A DNA stretch of 64,000 nucleotides from Balanoglossus misakiensis (Eukaryota; Animalia; Hemichordata): positions 9,870,894-9,934,893 of the forward strand of contig CM082589.2 in NCBI GenBank assembly GCA_040954595.2, in the 5' to 3' direction. The translations under genes and the position numbers were made by a program. The notes beneath the pieces were generated by a model, which worked only from the letters and a program-made list of their open reading frames with translations, made no database searches and was not told where the DNA came from. Of the stretch, positions 25,746-37,483 are shown one piece after another. How positions within the stretch are numbered: position 1 is the stretch's first letter; every line of letters starts with the position of its first letter.

Positions 25746-26677
25746 ACTTTCCCATAATTTGACATGCACAGCAGATATGGCTTTCAAATATAGAGGACTG
25801 GAACACCTAATGAAGTATTAATCTTTAACACAATCATTATGTACTTATCCTATTTAAAGTTAACCAATTGAGCTTAGAAGTTTGGTTCTTGTTGGACACT
25901 TATCAGTTTGATATCAAAATTTGTTGGCACAAATTTGCGTGACCTCTGGCTTACCTACCATTCTATGAATCCACAACAGATACAGAGTTTGCTTTCTGTT
26001 GGAACCATGCTAACTGCTTTGGCCCCTGTGATGCTGCATGTTCTTTTAATTGTCTTCTTCATGGTGGCCATATTGGATTTTCTGATAACCTTTAAAAGTT
26101 GACATTTTTTTTCAAAAATTACAAGGCCAATCAAGTTCTAATTTACTGTACGTTCCAATTTTTTAAAATAATATTGTTAGTGTTCATGTGAATTTGGATT
26201 TATTATGGATTTTTGAAAAATACCATGAAAAATTTCCAAAATCTTTTTTTAATCAAGCTTTCGCGTAAATTGTGATTGGTTAAACCTTATTGAAGCCTAA
26301 TTGGATTTTCTGAACTCCGATTAAAAACTAAAATTTCCTATTTGTAGGCTACTGAATGATAGCACACCAAGCCTTTTTATGGATAGAGTCAACATAAGAC
26401 AAGAATGTTAAAAAAATTTGTCAACTTTCACATGTCCATTGATCCTTTTTTTAACACTTAATTATACAATTTTTTGCAACTTTCATTTTCCCTTTGATCA
26501 AGATCTTTCAGAACTTAATTGTACATTGATATGTCTCTTGTTAAAAAGCACAACAGTCATGATTTTGTTCACATGAGTACTACTCTGGCAGGACATAACC
26601 CAAATATTTTGATAATTTTGGCAATGACCCTTGATCTACATTTCCAAAACTTGGCATGCACAGCAGATACAGCTTTT

Positions 26678-27035
26678 ATTAGCTCTGCTGTCACTTGTGT
26701 CAGCCGAGCTGTAGCAGTAGGTTGATAAATGTCTGTCCGTCGTCTGTCGTCCGTCATCCGTCGTCCGTCAACTTTTGGTATTTCAATCTTCTTCTATAAA
26801 ACTACTTGGCATATTTAGCTGAAATTTGGTTGGAATGTTTGTTATGGTGCCCTTACCTGATTTTGTTAATTTGGATTTGATCGGGTCATGAATATGCAAA
26901 TTAGATCTAAAAATAAAATTTTTGGTAAAAAAATCTTCTTCTCCCTAACTACATGTACGATGGAGCTGAAAATTGGTAGGAATGTGTGGTATGGTGCCCC
27001 TACCTGATTTTGTTAATTGGAATTTTGATGGGGTC
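26678..27035 (+). mobile_element. 3'-deleted HINE (Helentron-associated) element
   Basis: Head ttagctctgctg..cagccgagct, a (gtcc/gtc)n microsatellite and two ~146-bp cores, then an abrupt junction into the 0.9-kb unit. Same insertion site as 35680. Confidence 0.8.
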
Positions 27036-27564
27036 TGCTTTCTGTTGGAACCTTGGTCCCTCCAATGCTACTTTTAGTTGTAATTGTCTTCTTCATGGCG
27101 GCCATATTGGATTTTCTAATAAGCTTTAAAGGTTGACATTTTCATAAACTACAGGGCCAATCAAGTTCTAATTTACTGTGCGGTTGAAAGTTTGATAAAA
27201 TATCATTAGTGGTCATGTGACTTTTGGTGCCTTATTGGATTTTTTAAAAATCTCATTCAAAAATTACGAAAATCTTTTTCTAATCAAGTTTTCAAGTGAA
27301 TTGTGATTGGTTTAACCTTATCAGAGCCAAATTGGATTTTCTGAACTCCGATTAAAAGCTAAAATTCCTTTTTTTTATCCTACTCATTGAAAGCACACAA
27401 ATTCTTTCTGTGGATACGAGTCACCATATGACTAGAATATGTTACATTTTTTGACAACTTTCATATGTTCTTTGATCCAGTTTTTTTTCAGTATTTGATT
27501 AAACAATTTGTTGGCGACTCTCGCATGTCCTTTGATCCAGTAATTCCATAACTTAATTTTATGT

Positions 27565-29985
27565 GGATATGGCTCTTGATAAAAAGCTCAACAGTCATGA
27601 TTTTGTTCAAAGAGTACTACTGCTGCCAGGACATAACCCAAATATTTTGATAATTTTGGCAATGACCCTTGATCTACTTGGATATGTCTCTTGTTAAAAA
27701 GCACAACAGTCATGATTTTGTTCTCATGAGTTTTATTGCTGCCAGGACATAACCCAAATATTTTGATAATCTTGGTAATGACCCTTGATCCCTTGGATAT
27801 GTCTCTTGTTAAAAAGCACAACAGTCATGATTTTGTTCACATGAGTTTTATTGTTGCCAGGACATAACCCAAATATTTTGATAATTTTGGCCATGACCCT
27901 TGATCTACTTGGATATGTCTCTTGTTAAAAAGCACAACAGTCATGATTTTGTTCACATGAGTTTTGTCGCTGCCAGGACATAACCCAAATATTTTGATAA
28001 CTTTGGCAATGACCCTTGATCTACTTGGATATGTCTCTTGTTAAAAAGCACAACAGTCATGATTTTGTTCACATGAGTTTTATTGCTGCCAGGACATAAC
28101 CCAAATATTTTGATAATCTTGGCAATGACCCTTGATCTACTTGGATATGTCTCTTGTTAAAAAGCACAACAGTCATGATTTTGTTCACATGAGTTTTATT
28201 GCTGCCAGGACATTACCAAAATATTTTGATAATTTTGGCAATGACCCTTGATCTACTTGGATATGTCTCTTGTTAAAAGGCACAACAGTCATGATTTTGT
28301 TCACATGAGTTTTATTGCTGCCAGGACATAATCCAAATATTTTGATAATCTTGGTAATGACCCTTGATCTACTTGGATATGTCTCTTGTTAAAAAGCACA
28401 ACAGTCATGATTTTGTTCACATGAGTACTATTGCTGCCTGGACATAACCCAAATATTTTGATAATTTTGGCAATGACCCTTGATCTACTTGGATATGTCT
28501 CTTGTTAAAAGCACAACAGTCATGATTTTGTTCACATGAGTTTTATTGCTGCCAGGACATAACCCAAATATTTTGATAATCATGGCAATGACCCTTGATC
28601 TACTTGGATATGTCTCTTGTTAAAAAGCACAACAGTCATGATTTTGTTCACATGAGTTTTATTGCTGCCAGGACATAACCCAAATATTTTGATAATTTTG
28701 GCAATGACCCTTGATCTACTTGGATATGTCTCTTGTTAAAAGGCACAACAGTCATGATTTTGTTCACATGAGTTTTATTGCTGCCAGGACATAACCCAAA
28801 TATTTTGATAATCTTGGTAATGACCCTTGATCTACTTGGATATGTCTCTTGTTAAAAAGCACAACAGTCATGATTTTGTTCACATGAGTACTATTGCTGC
28901 CTGGACATAACCCAAATATTTTGATAATTTTGGCAATGACCCTTGATCTACTTGGATATGTCTCTTGTTAAAAAGCACAACAGTCATGATTTTGTTCACA
29001 TGAGTACTATTGCTGCCTGGACATAACCCAAATATTTTGATAATTTTGGCAATGACCCTTGATCTACTTGGATATGCCTCTTGTTAAAAAGCACAACAGT
29101 CATGATTTTGTTCACATGAGTACTATTGCTGCCTGGACATAACCCAAATATTTTGATAATTTTGGCAATGACCCTTGATCTACTTGGATATGTCTCTTGT
29201 TAAAAAGCACAACAGTCATGATTTTGTTCACATGAGTACTATTGGTGCCTGGACATAACCCAAATATTTTGATAATTTTGGCAATGACCCTTGATCTACT
29301 TGGATATGTCTCTTGTTAAAAAGCACAACAGTCATGATTTTGTTCACATGAGTTTTATTGCTGCCAGGACATAACCCAAATATTTTGATAATTTTGGCAA
29401 TGACCCTTGATCTACTTGGATATGTCTCTTGTTAAAAAGCACAACAGTCATGATTTTGTTCACATGAGTTTTATTGCTGCCAGGACATAACCCATATATT
29501 TTGATCATTTTGGCAATGACCCTTGATCTACTTGGATATGTCTCTTGTTAAAAAGCACAATAGTCATGATTTTGTTCACATGAGTTTTATTGCTGCCAGG
29601 ACATAACCCAAATATTTGGATAATTTTGGCAATGACCCTTGATCTACTTGGATATGTCTCTTGTTAAAAAGCACAACAGTCATGATTTTGTTCATATGAA
29701 TTTTATTGCTGCCAGGACATAACCCAAATATTTTGATTATTTCGGCCGTGACCCTTGATCTACTTGGATATGTCTCTTGTTAAAAAGCACAACAGTCATG
29801 ATTTTGTTCACATGAGTTTTATTGTTGCCAGGACATAACCCAAATATTTTGATAATTTTGGCCATGACCCTTGATCTACTTGGATATGTCTCTTGTTAAA
29901 AAGCACAACAGTCATGATTTTGTACACATGAGTACTATTGCTGCCAGGACATAACCCAAATATTTTGATAATTTTGGCCATGATC
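27565..29985. repeat. 116-bp tandem array (~21 copies)
   Basis: tctacttgga occurs at 28831 and 29411 (5x116). The array is highly homogeneous. Confidence 0.95.
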
Positions 29986-31674
29986 TTCTTTCCCATAACT
30001 TGCCATGCACAGCAGATACGGCTTTCAAATTTAGAGGACTGGAACACCTAATGAAGTATTAATTTTTAACACAATCATTATGTACTTATCCTATTTAAAG
30101 TTAACCAATTGAGCTTAGAAGTTTGGTTCTTGTTGGACACTTATCAGTTTGATGTCAAAATTTGTTGGCACAAATTTGCCTGACCTCTGGCTTACTTACC
30201 ATTTCTCAGCATCCATAACAGATACAGCCTTTGCTTTCTGTTGGAACCATGCTAACCACTTTGGTCACTCCAATGCTGCTTATAGTTGGGTCTTCTTCAT
30301 GGCGGCCATATTGGATTTTCTGATAATCTCTAAAAGTGGACATTTTTTTCTAAACTGCAGGGCCAATCAAGTTCTAATTTACTGGCCGTTCCATTTTTTT
30401 TTCAATTATATTAATAGTGGTCATGTGAATTTGGATTCATTATGGATTTTTTCAAAAACTCATGAAAAATTTCCAAAATCTTTTTTAATCAAGCTTTCAA
30501 GTGAATTGTGATTGGTTAAACCTTATTGAAGTCAAATTGGATTGTCTGAACTCCGATTAAAAACTAAAATTTCCTATTTCAAGGCTACTGAATGATAGCA
30601 CACCAATCCTTTTTATGGATACGAGTCACCATAAGTCCAGAATATGTTAAACAATTTTTATCAACTTTCACATGTCCTTTCATCCATTTTTTCAACACTT
30701 AATTATACTATTTTTTTGCAACTTTCATTCGTCTTTTGATCCAGATCTTTCAGAACTTAATTCTACGTTGATATGCCTCTTGTTAAAAAGCACAACAGTC
30801 GTGATTTTGTTCACATGAGTACTACTGCTGCCAGGACATAACCCAAATATTTTGATAATTTTGGCAGTAACTTTTGATCTACATTCCCATAACTTGGCAT
30901 GTACAGCAGATACAGCTTTTAAATTTAGAGGCTTGGAACACCTAATGAAGTACATGTATTAACTTTAACACAATAATTATGTATATAAGCTATTTAAAGT
31001 TAACTAATAAAGCGTAGAAGTCTGCTTTTTGTTGGACATTGATCAGTTTGGTATCAAATTTTGTTGGCACATTTTGCATCACCTCTGGCATACTTTACCA
31101 TTTCTAGGCATCCACAACAGATACAGCCTTTGCTTTCTGTTGGAACCATGCTAACCGCTTTGGCCACTCCAATGCTGCTTGTAGCTCTAATTGTCTTCTT
31201 CATGGTGGCCATATTGGATTTTCTAATAACCTTTAAAAGTTGACATTTTCATAAACTACAGGGCAAATCAAATTCTAGTTTACTGTAGGGTTGAAAGTTT
31301 GACAAAAATATCATTAGTGGTCATGTGACTTTGGGTGCCTAATTGGATTGTTTAAAAATCTCATTAAAAAATTACAGAACATCTTTTTCTAATCAAGTTT
31401 TCAAGTGAATTGTGATTGGTGTCACCTTATTGGAGCCAAATTGGATTTTTCTGAACACTGATTAAAAACTAAGATTTCCTATTTCTAGCCTACTCATTGA
31501 AAGCACACAAATTAATTTTATGGATACGAGTCGCCATATGACTAGAATACGTTACATTTTTTGGCAACTTTCACATGTCCTTTGATCCAGTTTTTTCAAA
31601 ACTTGATTAAACAATTTGTTGGCAACTCTCGCATGTCCTTTGACCCAGTAATTCCATAACTTAATTTTATGTGG

Positions 31675-32818
31675 ATATGGCTCTTGATAAAAAGCTCAAC
31701 AGTCATGATTTTGTTCATAGAGTACTACTGCTGCCAGGACATAACCCAAATATTTTGATAATTTTGGCAATGACCATTGATCTACTTGGATATGTCTCTT
31801 GTTAAAAAGCACAACAGTCATGATTTTGTTCACATGAGTTTTATTGCTGCCAGGACATAACCCAAATATTTTGATAATTTTGGCCATGACCCTTGATCTA
31901 CTTGGATATGTCTCTTGTTAAAAAGCACAACAGTCATGATTTTGTACACATGAGTACTATTGCTGCCTGGACATAACCCAAATATTTTGATAATTTTGGC
32001 AATGACCCTTGATCTACTTGGATATGTCTCTTGTTAAAAAGCACAACAGTCATGATTTTGTTCACATGAGTACTATTGGTGCCTGGACATAACCCAAATA
32101 TTTTGATAATTTTGGCAATGACCCTTGATCTACTTGGATATGTCTCTTGTTAAAAAGCACAACAGTCATGATTTTGTTCACATGAGTTTTATTGCTGCCA
32201 GGACATAACCCAAATATTTTGATAATTTTGGCAATGACCCTTGATCTACTTGGATATGTCTCTTGTTAAAAAGCACAACAGTCATGATTTTGTTCACATG
32301 AGTTTTATTGCTGCCAGGACATAACCCATATATTTTGATCATTTTGGCAATGACCCTTGATCTACTTGGATATGTCTCTTGTTAAAAAGCACAATAGTCA
32401 TGATTTTGTTCACATGAGTTTTATTGCTGCCAGGACATAACCCAAATATTTGGATAATTTTGGCAATGACCCTTGATCTACTTGGATATGTCTCTTGTTA
32501 AAAAGCACAACAGTCATGATTTTGTTCATATGAATTTTATTGCTGCCAGGACATAACCCAAATATTTTGATTATTTCGGCCATGACCCTTGATCTACTTG
32601 GATATGTCTCTTGTTAAAAAGCACAACAGTCATGATTTTGTTCACATGAGTTTTATTGTTGCCAGGACATAACCCAAATATTTTGATAATTTTGGCCATG
32701 ACCCTTGATCTACTTGGATATGTCTCTTGTTAAAAAGCACAACAGTCATGATTTTGTACACATGAGTACTATTGCTGCCAGGACATAACCCAAATATTTT
32801 GATAATTTTGGCCATGAT
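31675..32818. repeat. 116-bp tandem array (~10 copies)
   Basis: Same monomer, sharing diagnostic variants with 29115-29985 at offset 2834. Confidence 0.93.
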
Positions 32819-34509
32819 CTTCTTTCCCATAACTTGCCATGCACAGCAGATACGGCTTTCAAATTTAGAGGACTGGAACACCTAATGAAGTATTAATTTT
32901 TAACACAATCATTATGTACTTATCCTATTTAAAGTTAACCAATTGAGCTTAGAAGTTTGGTTCTTGTTGGACACTTATCAGTTTGATGTCAAAATTTGTT
33001 GGCACAAATTTGCCTGACCTCTGGCTTACTTACCATTTCTCAGCATCCATAACAGATACAGCCTTTGCTTTCTGTTGGAACCATGCTAACCACTTTGGTC
33101 ACTCCAATGCTGCTTATAGTTGGGTCTTCTTCATGGCGGCCATATTGGATTTTCTGATAATCTCTAAAAGTGGACATTTTTTTCTAAACTGCAGGGCCAA
33201 TCAAGTTCTAATTTACTGGCCGTTCCATTTTTTTTTCAATTATATTAATAGTGGTCATGTGAATTTGGATTCATTATGGATTTTTTCAAAAACTCATGAA
33301 AAATTTCCAAAATCTTTTTTAATCAAGCTTTCAAGTGAATTGTGATTGGTTAAACCTTATTGAAGTCAAATTGGATTGTCTGAACTCCGATTAAAAACTA
33401 AAATTTCCTATTTCAAGGCTACTGAATGATAGCACACCAATCCTTTTTATGGATACGAGTCACCATAAGTCCAGAATATGTTAAACAATTTTTATCAACT
33501 TTCACATGTCCTTTCATCCATTTTTTCAACACTTAATTATACTATTTTTTTGCAACTTTCATTCGTCTTTTGATCCAGATCTTTCAGAACTTAATTCTAC
33601 GTTGATATGCCTCTTGTTAAAAAGCACAACAGTCGTGATTTTGTTCACATGAGTACTACTGCTGCCAGGACATAACCCAAATATTTTGATAATTTTGGCA
33701 GTAACTTTTGATCTACATTCCCATAACTTGGCATGTACAGCAGATACAGCTTTTAAATTTAGAGGCTTGGAACACCTAATGAAGTACATGTATTAACTTT
33801 AACACAATAATTATGTATATAAGCTATTTAAAGTTAACTAATAAAGCGTAGAAGTCTGCTTTTTGTTGGACATTGATCAGTTTGGTATCAAATTTTGTTG
33901 GCACATTTTGCATCACCTCTGGCATACTTTACCATTTCTAGGCATCCACAACAGATACAGCCTTTGCTTTCTGTTGGAACCATGCTAACCGCTTTGGCCA
34001 CTCCAATGCTGCTTGTAGCTCTAATTGTCTTCTTCATGGTGGCCATATTGGATTTTCTAATAACCTTTAAAAGTTGACATTTTCATAAACTACAGGGCAA
34101 ATCAAATTCTAGTTTACTGTAGGGTTGAAAGTTTGACAAAAATATCATTAGTGGTCATGTGACTTTGGGTGCCTAATTGGATTGTTTAAAAATCTCATTA
34201 AAAAATTACAGAACATCTTTTTCTAATCAAGTTTTCAAGTGAATTGTGATTGGTGTCACCTTATTGGAGCCAAATTGGATTTTTCTGAACACTGATTAAA
34301 AACTAAGATTTCCTATTTCTAGCCTACTCATTGAAAGCACACAAATTAATTTTATGGATACGAGTCGCCATATGACTAGAATACGTTACATTTTTTGGCA
34401 ACTTTCACATGTCCTTTGATCCAGTTTTTTCAAAACTTGATTAAACAATTTGTTGGCAACTCTCGCATGTCCTTTGACCCAGTAATTCCATAACTTAATT
34501 TTATGTGGA

Positions 34510-34840
34510 TATGGCTCTTGATAAAAAGCTCAACAGTCATGATTTTGTTCATAGAGTACTACTGCTGCCAGGACATAACCCAAATATTTTGATAATTTTG
34601 GCAATGACCATTGATCTACTTGGATATGTCTCTTGTTAAAAAGCACAACAGTCATGATTTTGTTCACATGAGTTTTATTGCTGCCAGGACATAACCCAAA
34701 TATTTTGATAATTTTGGCCATGACCCTTGATCTACTTGGATATGTCTCTTGTTAAAAAGCACAACAGTCATGATTTTGTACACATGAGTACTATTGCTGC
34801 CTGGACATAACCCAAATATTTTGATAATTTTGGCCATGAT
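34510..34840. repeat. 116-bp tandem array (~3 copies)
   Basis: Same monomer. Confidence 0.9.
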
Positions 34841-35679
34841 CTACTTAAATCCTATTTAAAGTTAACCAATTGAGCTTAGAAGTTTGGTTCTTGTTGGACA
34901 CTTATCAGTTTGATATCAAAATTTGTTGGCACAAATTTCCGTGACCTCTGGCTTACCTACCATTCTAAGAATCCATAACAGATACAGAGTTTGCTTTCTG
35001 TTGGAACCATGCTAACTGCTTTGGCCCCTGTGATGCTGCATGTTCTTTTAATTGTCTTCTTCATGGTGGCCATATTGGATTTTCTGATAACCTTTAAAAG
35101 TTGACATTTTTTTTCAAAAATTACAAGGCCAATCAAGTTCTAATTTACTGTACGTTCCAATTTTTTAAAATAATATTGTTAGTGTTCATGTGAATTTGGA
35201 TTTATTATGGATTTTTGAAAAATCCCATGAAAAATTTCCAAAATCTTTTTTTAATCACGCTTTCGCGTAAAATGTGATTGGTTAAACCTTATTGAAGCCT
35301 AATTGGATTTTCTGAACTCCGATTAAAAACTAAAATTTCCTATTTGTAGGCTACTGAATGATAGCACACCAAGCCTTTTTATGGATAGAGTCAACATAAG
35401 ACCAGAATGTTAAAATTTTTTGTCAACTTTCACATGTCCATTGATCCTTTTTTTAACACTTAATTATACAATTTTTTGCAACTTTCATTTTCCCTTTGAT
35501 CAAGATCTTTCAGAACTTAATTGTACATTGATATGTCTCTTGTTAAAAAGCACAACAGTCATGATTTTGTTCACATGAGTACTACTCTGGCAGGACATAA
35601 CCCAAATATTTTGATAATTTTGGCAATGACCCTTGATCTACATTTCCAAAACTTGGCATGCACAGCAGATACAGCTTTT

Positions 35680-37483
35680 ATTAGCTCTGCTGTCACTTGT
35701 GTCAGCCGAGCTGTAGCAGTAGGTTGATAAATGTCTGTCCGTCGTCTGTCGTCCGTCATCCGTCGTCCGTCAACTTTTGGTATTTCAATCTTCTTCTATA
35801 AAACTACTTGGCATATTTAGCTGAAATTTGGTTAGAATGTGTGTTATGGTGCCCTTACCTGATTTTGTTAATTTGGATTTGATCGGGTCATGAATATGCA
35901 AATTAGATCTAAAAATAAAATTTTTGGTAAAAAAATCTTCTTCTCCCTAACTACATGTACGATGGAGCTGAAATTTGGTAGGAATGTGTGTTATGGTGTC
36001 CCTACCTGATTTTTAGCTCTGCTGTCACTTGTGTCAGCCGAGCTGTAGCAGTAGGTTGATAAGTGTCCGTCCGTCGTCCGTCGTCTGTCGTCAGTCGTCT
36101 GTCGTCCGTCAACTTTTTGTATTTCAATCTTCTTCTTTAAAACAACTGGGCATATTTAGCTGAAATTTGGTTGGAATGTGTGTTATGGTGCCTTTAACTG
36201 ATTTTGTTAATTTGGATTTGATGGGGTCATGAATATGCAAATTAGATCTAAAAATAGAACTTTTGGTAAAAATCTTCTTCTCCACAACTACATGTGCAAT
36301 GGACCTGAAATTTGGCAGGAATGTGTGTTATGGTGCCCCTACCTGATTTTGTAAATTTGGATTTGATGGGGTCATAAATATGCAAATTAGATCTAAAAAT
36401 AGAATTTTGGTAAAAAATCTTCTTCTCCATAACTACATGTACAATGGAGCTGAAATTTGGTAGGAATGTGTGTTATGGTGCCCCTACCTGATTTTGTAAA
36501 TTTGGATTTGATGGGGTCATAAATATGCAAATTAGATCTAAAAATATAATTTTTGGTCAAAAATTTTCTTCTCCCTAACTACATGTACGATGGAGCTGAA
36601 ATATGGTAGGAATGTGTGTTATGATGCCCGTACTTGATTTTATAAATTTGGATATGATCGGGTCATGAATATGTAAATTAGATCTAAAAATATAATTTTT
36701 GGTAAAAAATCTTCTTCTCCCTAACTATTTGTACGATGGAGCTGAAATTTAGTAGGAATGTGTGTTATAGTGTCCCTACCTGATTTTGTTAATTTGGATT
36801 TGATTGGGTCATAAATATGCAAATTAGATCTAAAAATAGAATTTTTGGTCAAAAATCTTCTTCTCCCTAACTACATGTACGATGGCGCTGAAATTTAGTA
36901 GGAATGTGTGTTATGGTGCCCCTACCTGATTTTGCTAATTTGGATATGATGGGGTCATAAATATGCAAATTAGATCTAAAAATAGAATTGTTGGTCAAAA
37001 ATCTTCTTCTCCCTAACTACATGTACGATGGCGCTGAAATTTAGTAGGAATGTGTGTTATGGTGCCCCTACCTGATTTTGCTAATTTGGATATGATGGGG
37101 TCATAAATATGCAAATTAGATCTAAAAATATAATTGTTGGTAAAAAAATCTTCTCCCTAAATACATGTACGATGGAGTTGAAATTTGGTAGAATGTGTGT
37201 TATGGTGCCCCTACCTGATTTTGTTTTATTGGAATTTTGATGGGGTCATGAATATGCAAATTAGAACATTGGTACTTCCTTTTGATGTTGTTCTTTAGAA
37301 TTCAATTCTTTCTTTCTTTAGTGCAATGAATCAAGCTGAATTTGGATAAATACTTGTGATGTCTATGTTTGGTTTTGTTCAATAGAATACAATTGTTATG
37401 AATTAAAACCTAGGGTATTCATATCATCGCCCAGGTTACACTGTTAAGGTCAGCAGAGCTCATTTGACCAATAGGTCACTTGT
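35680..37483 (+). mobile_element. HINE (non-autonomous Helentron) with two heads, ~146-bp core array and an intact 3' end
   Basis: subTIR agctctgctg (35683) / cagcagagct (37451), 3' hairpin tgacc-aata-ggtca, terminal cttgt. Inserted in the T-run of cagctttt|aaatttagagg without a TSD. A second head starts at ~36011 and is followed by ~8 cores. Confidence 0.88.

Noticed and set aside
22450-34840. 116-bp arrays as CRISPR-like repeat-spacer arrays
   Set aside because: The monomers are near-identical along their whole length, with no unique spacers and no cas genes, in a eukaryotic context.
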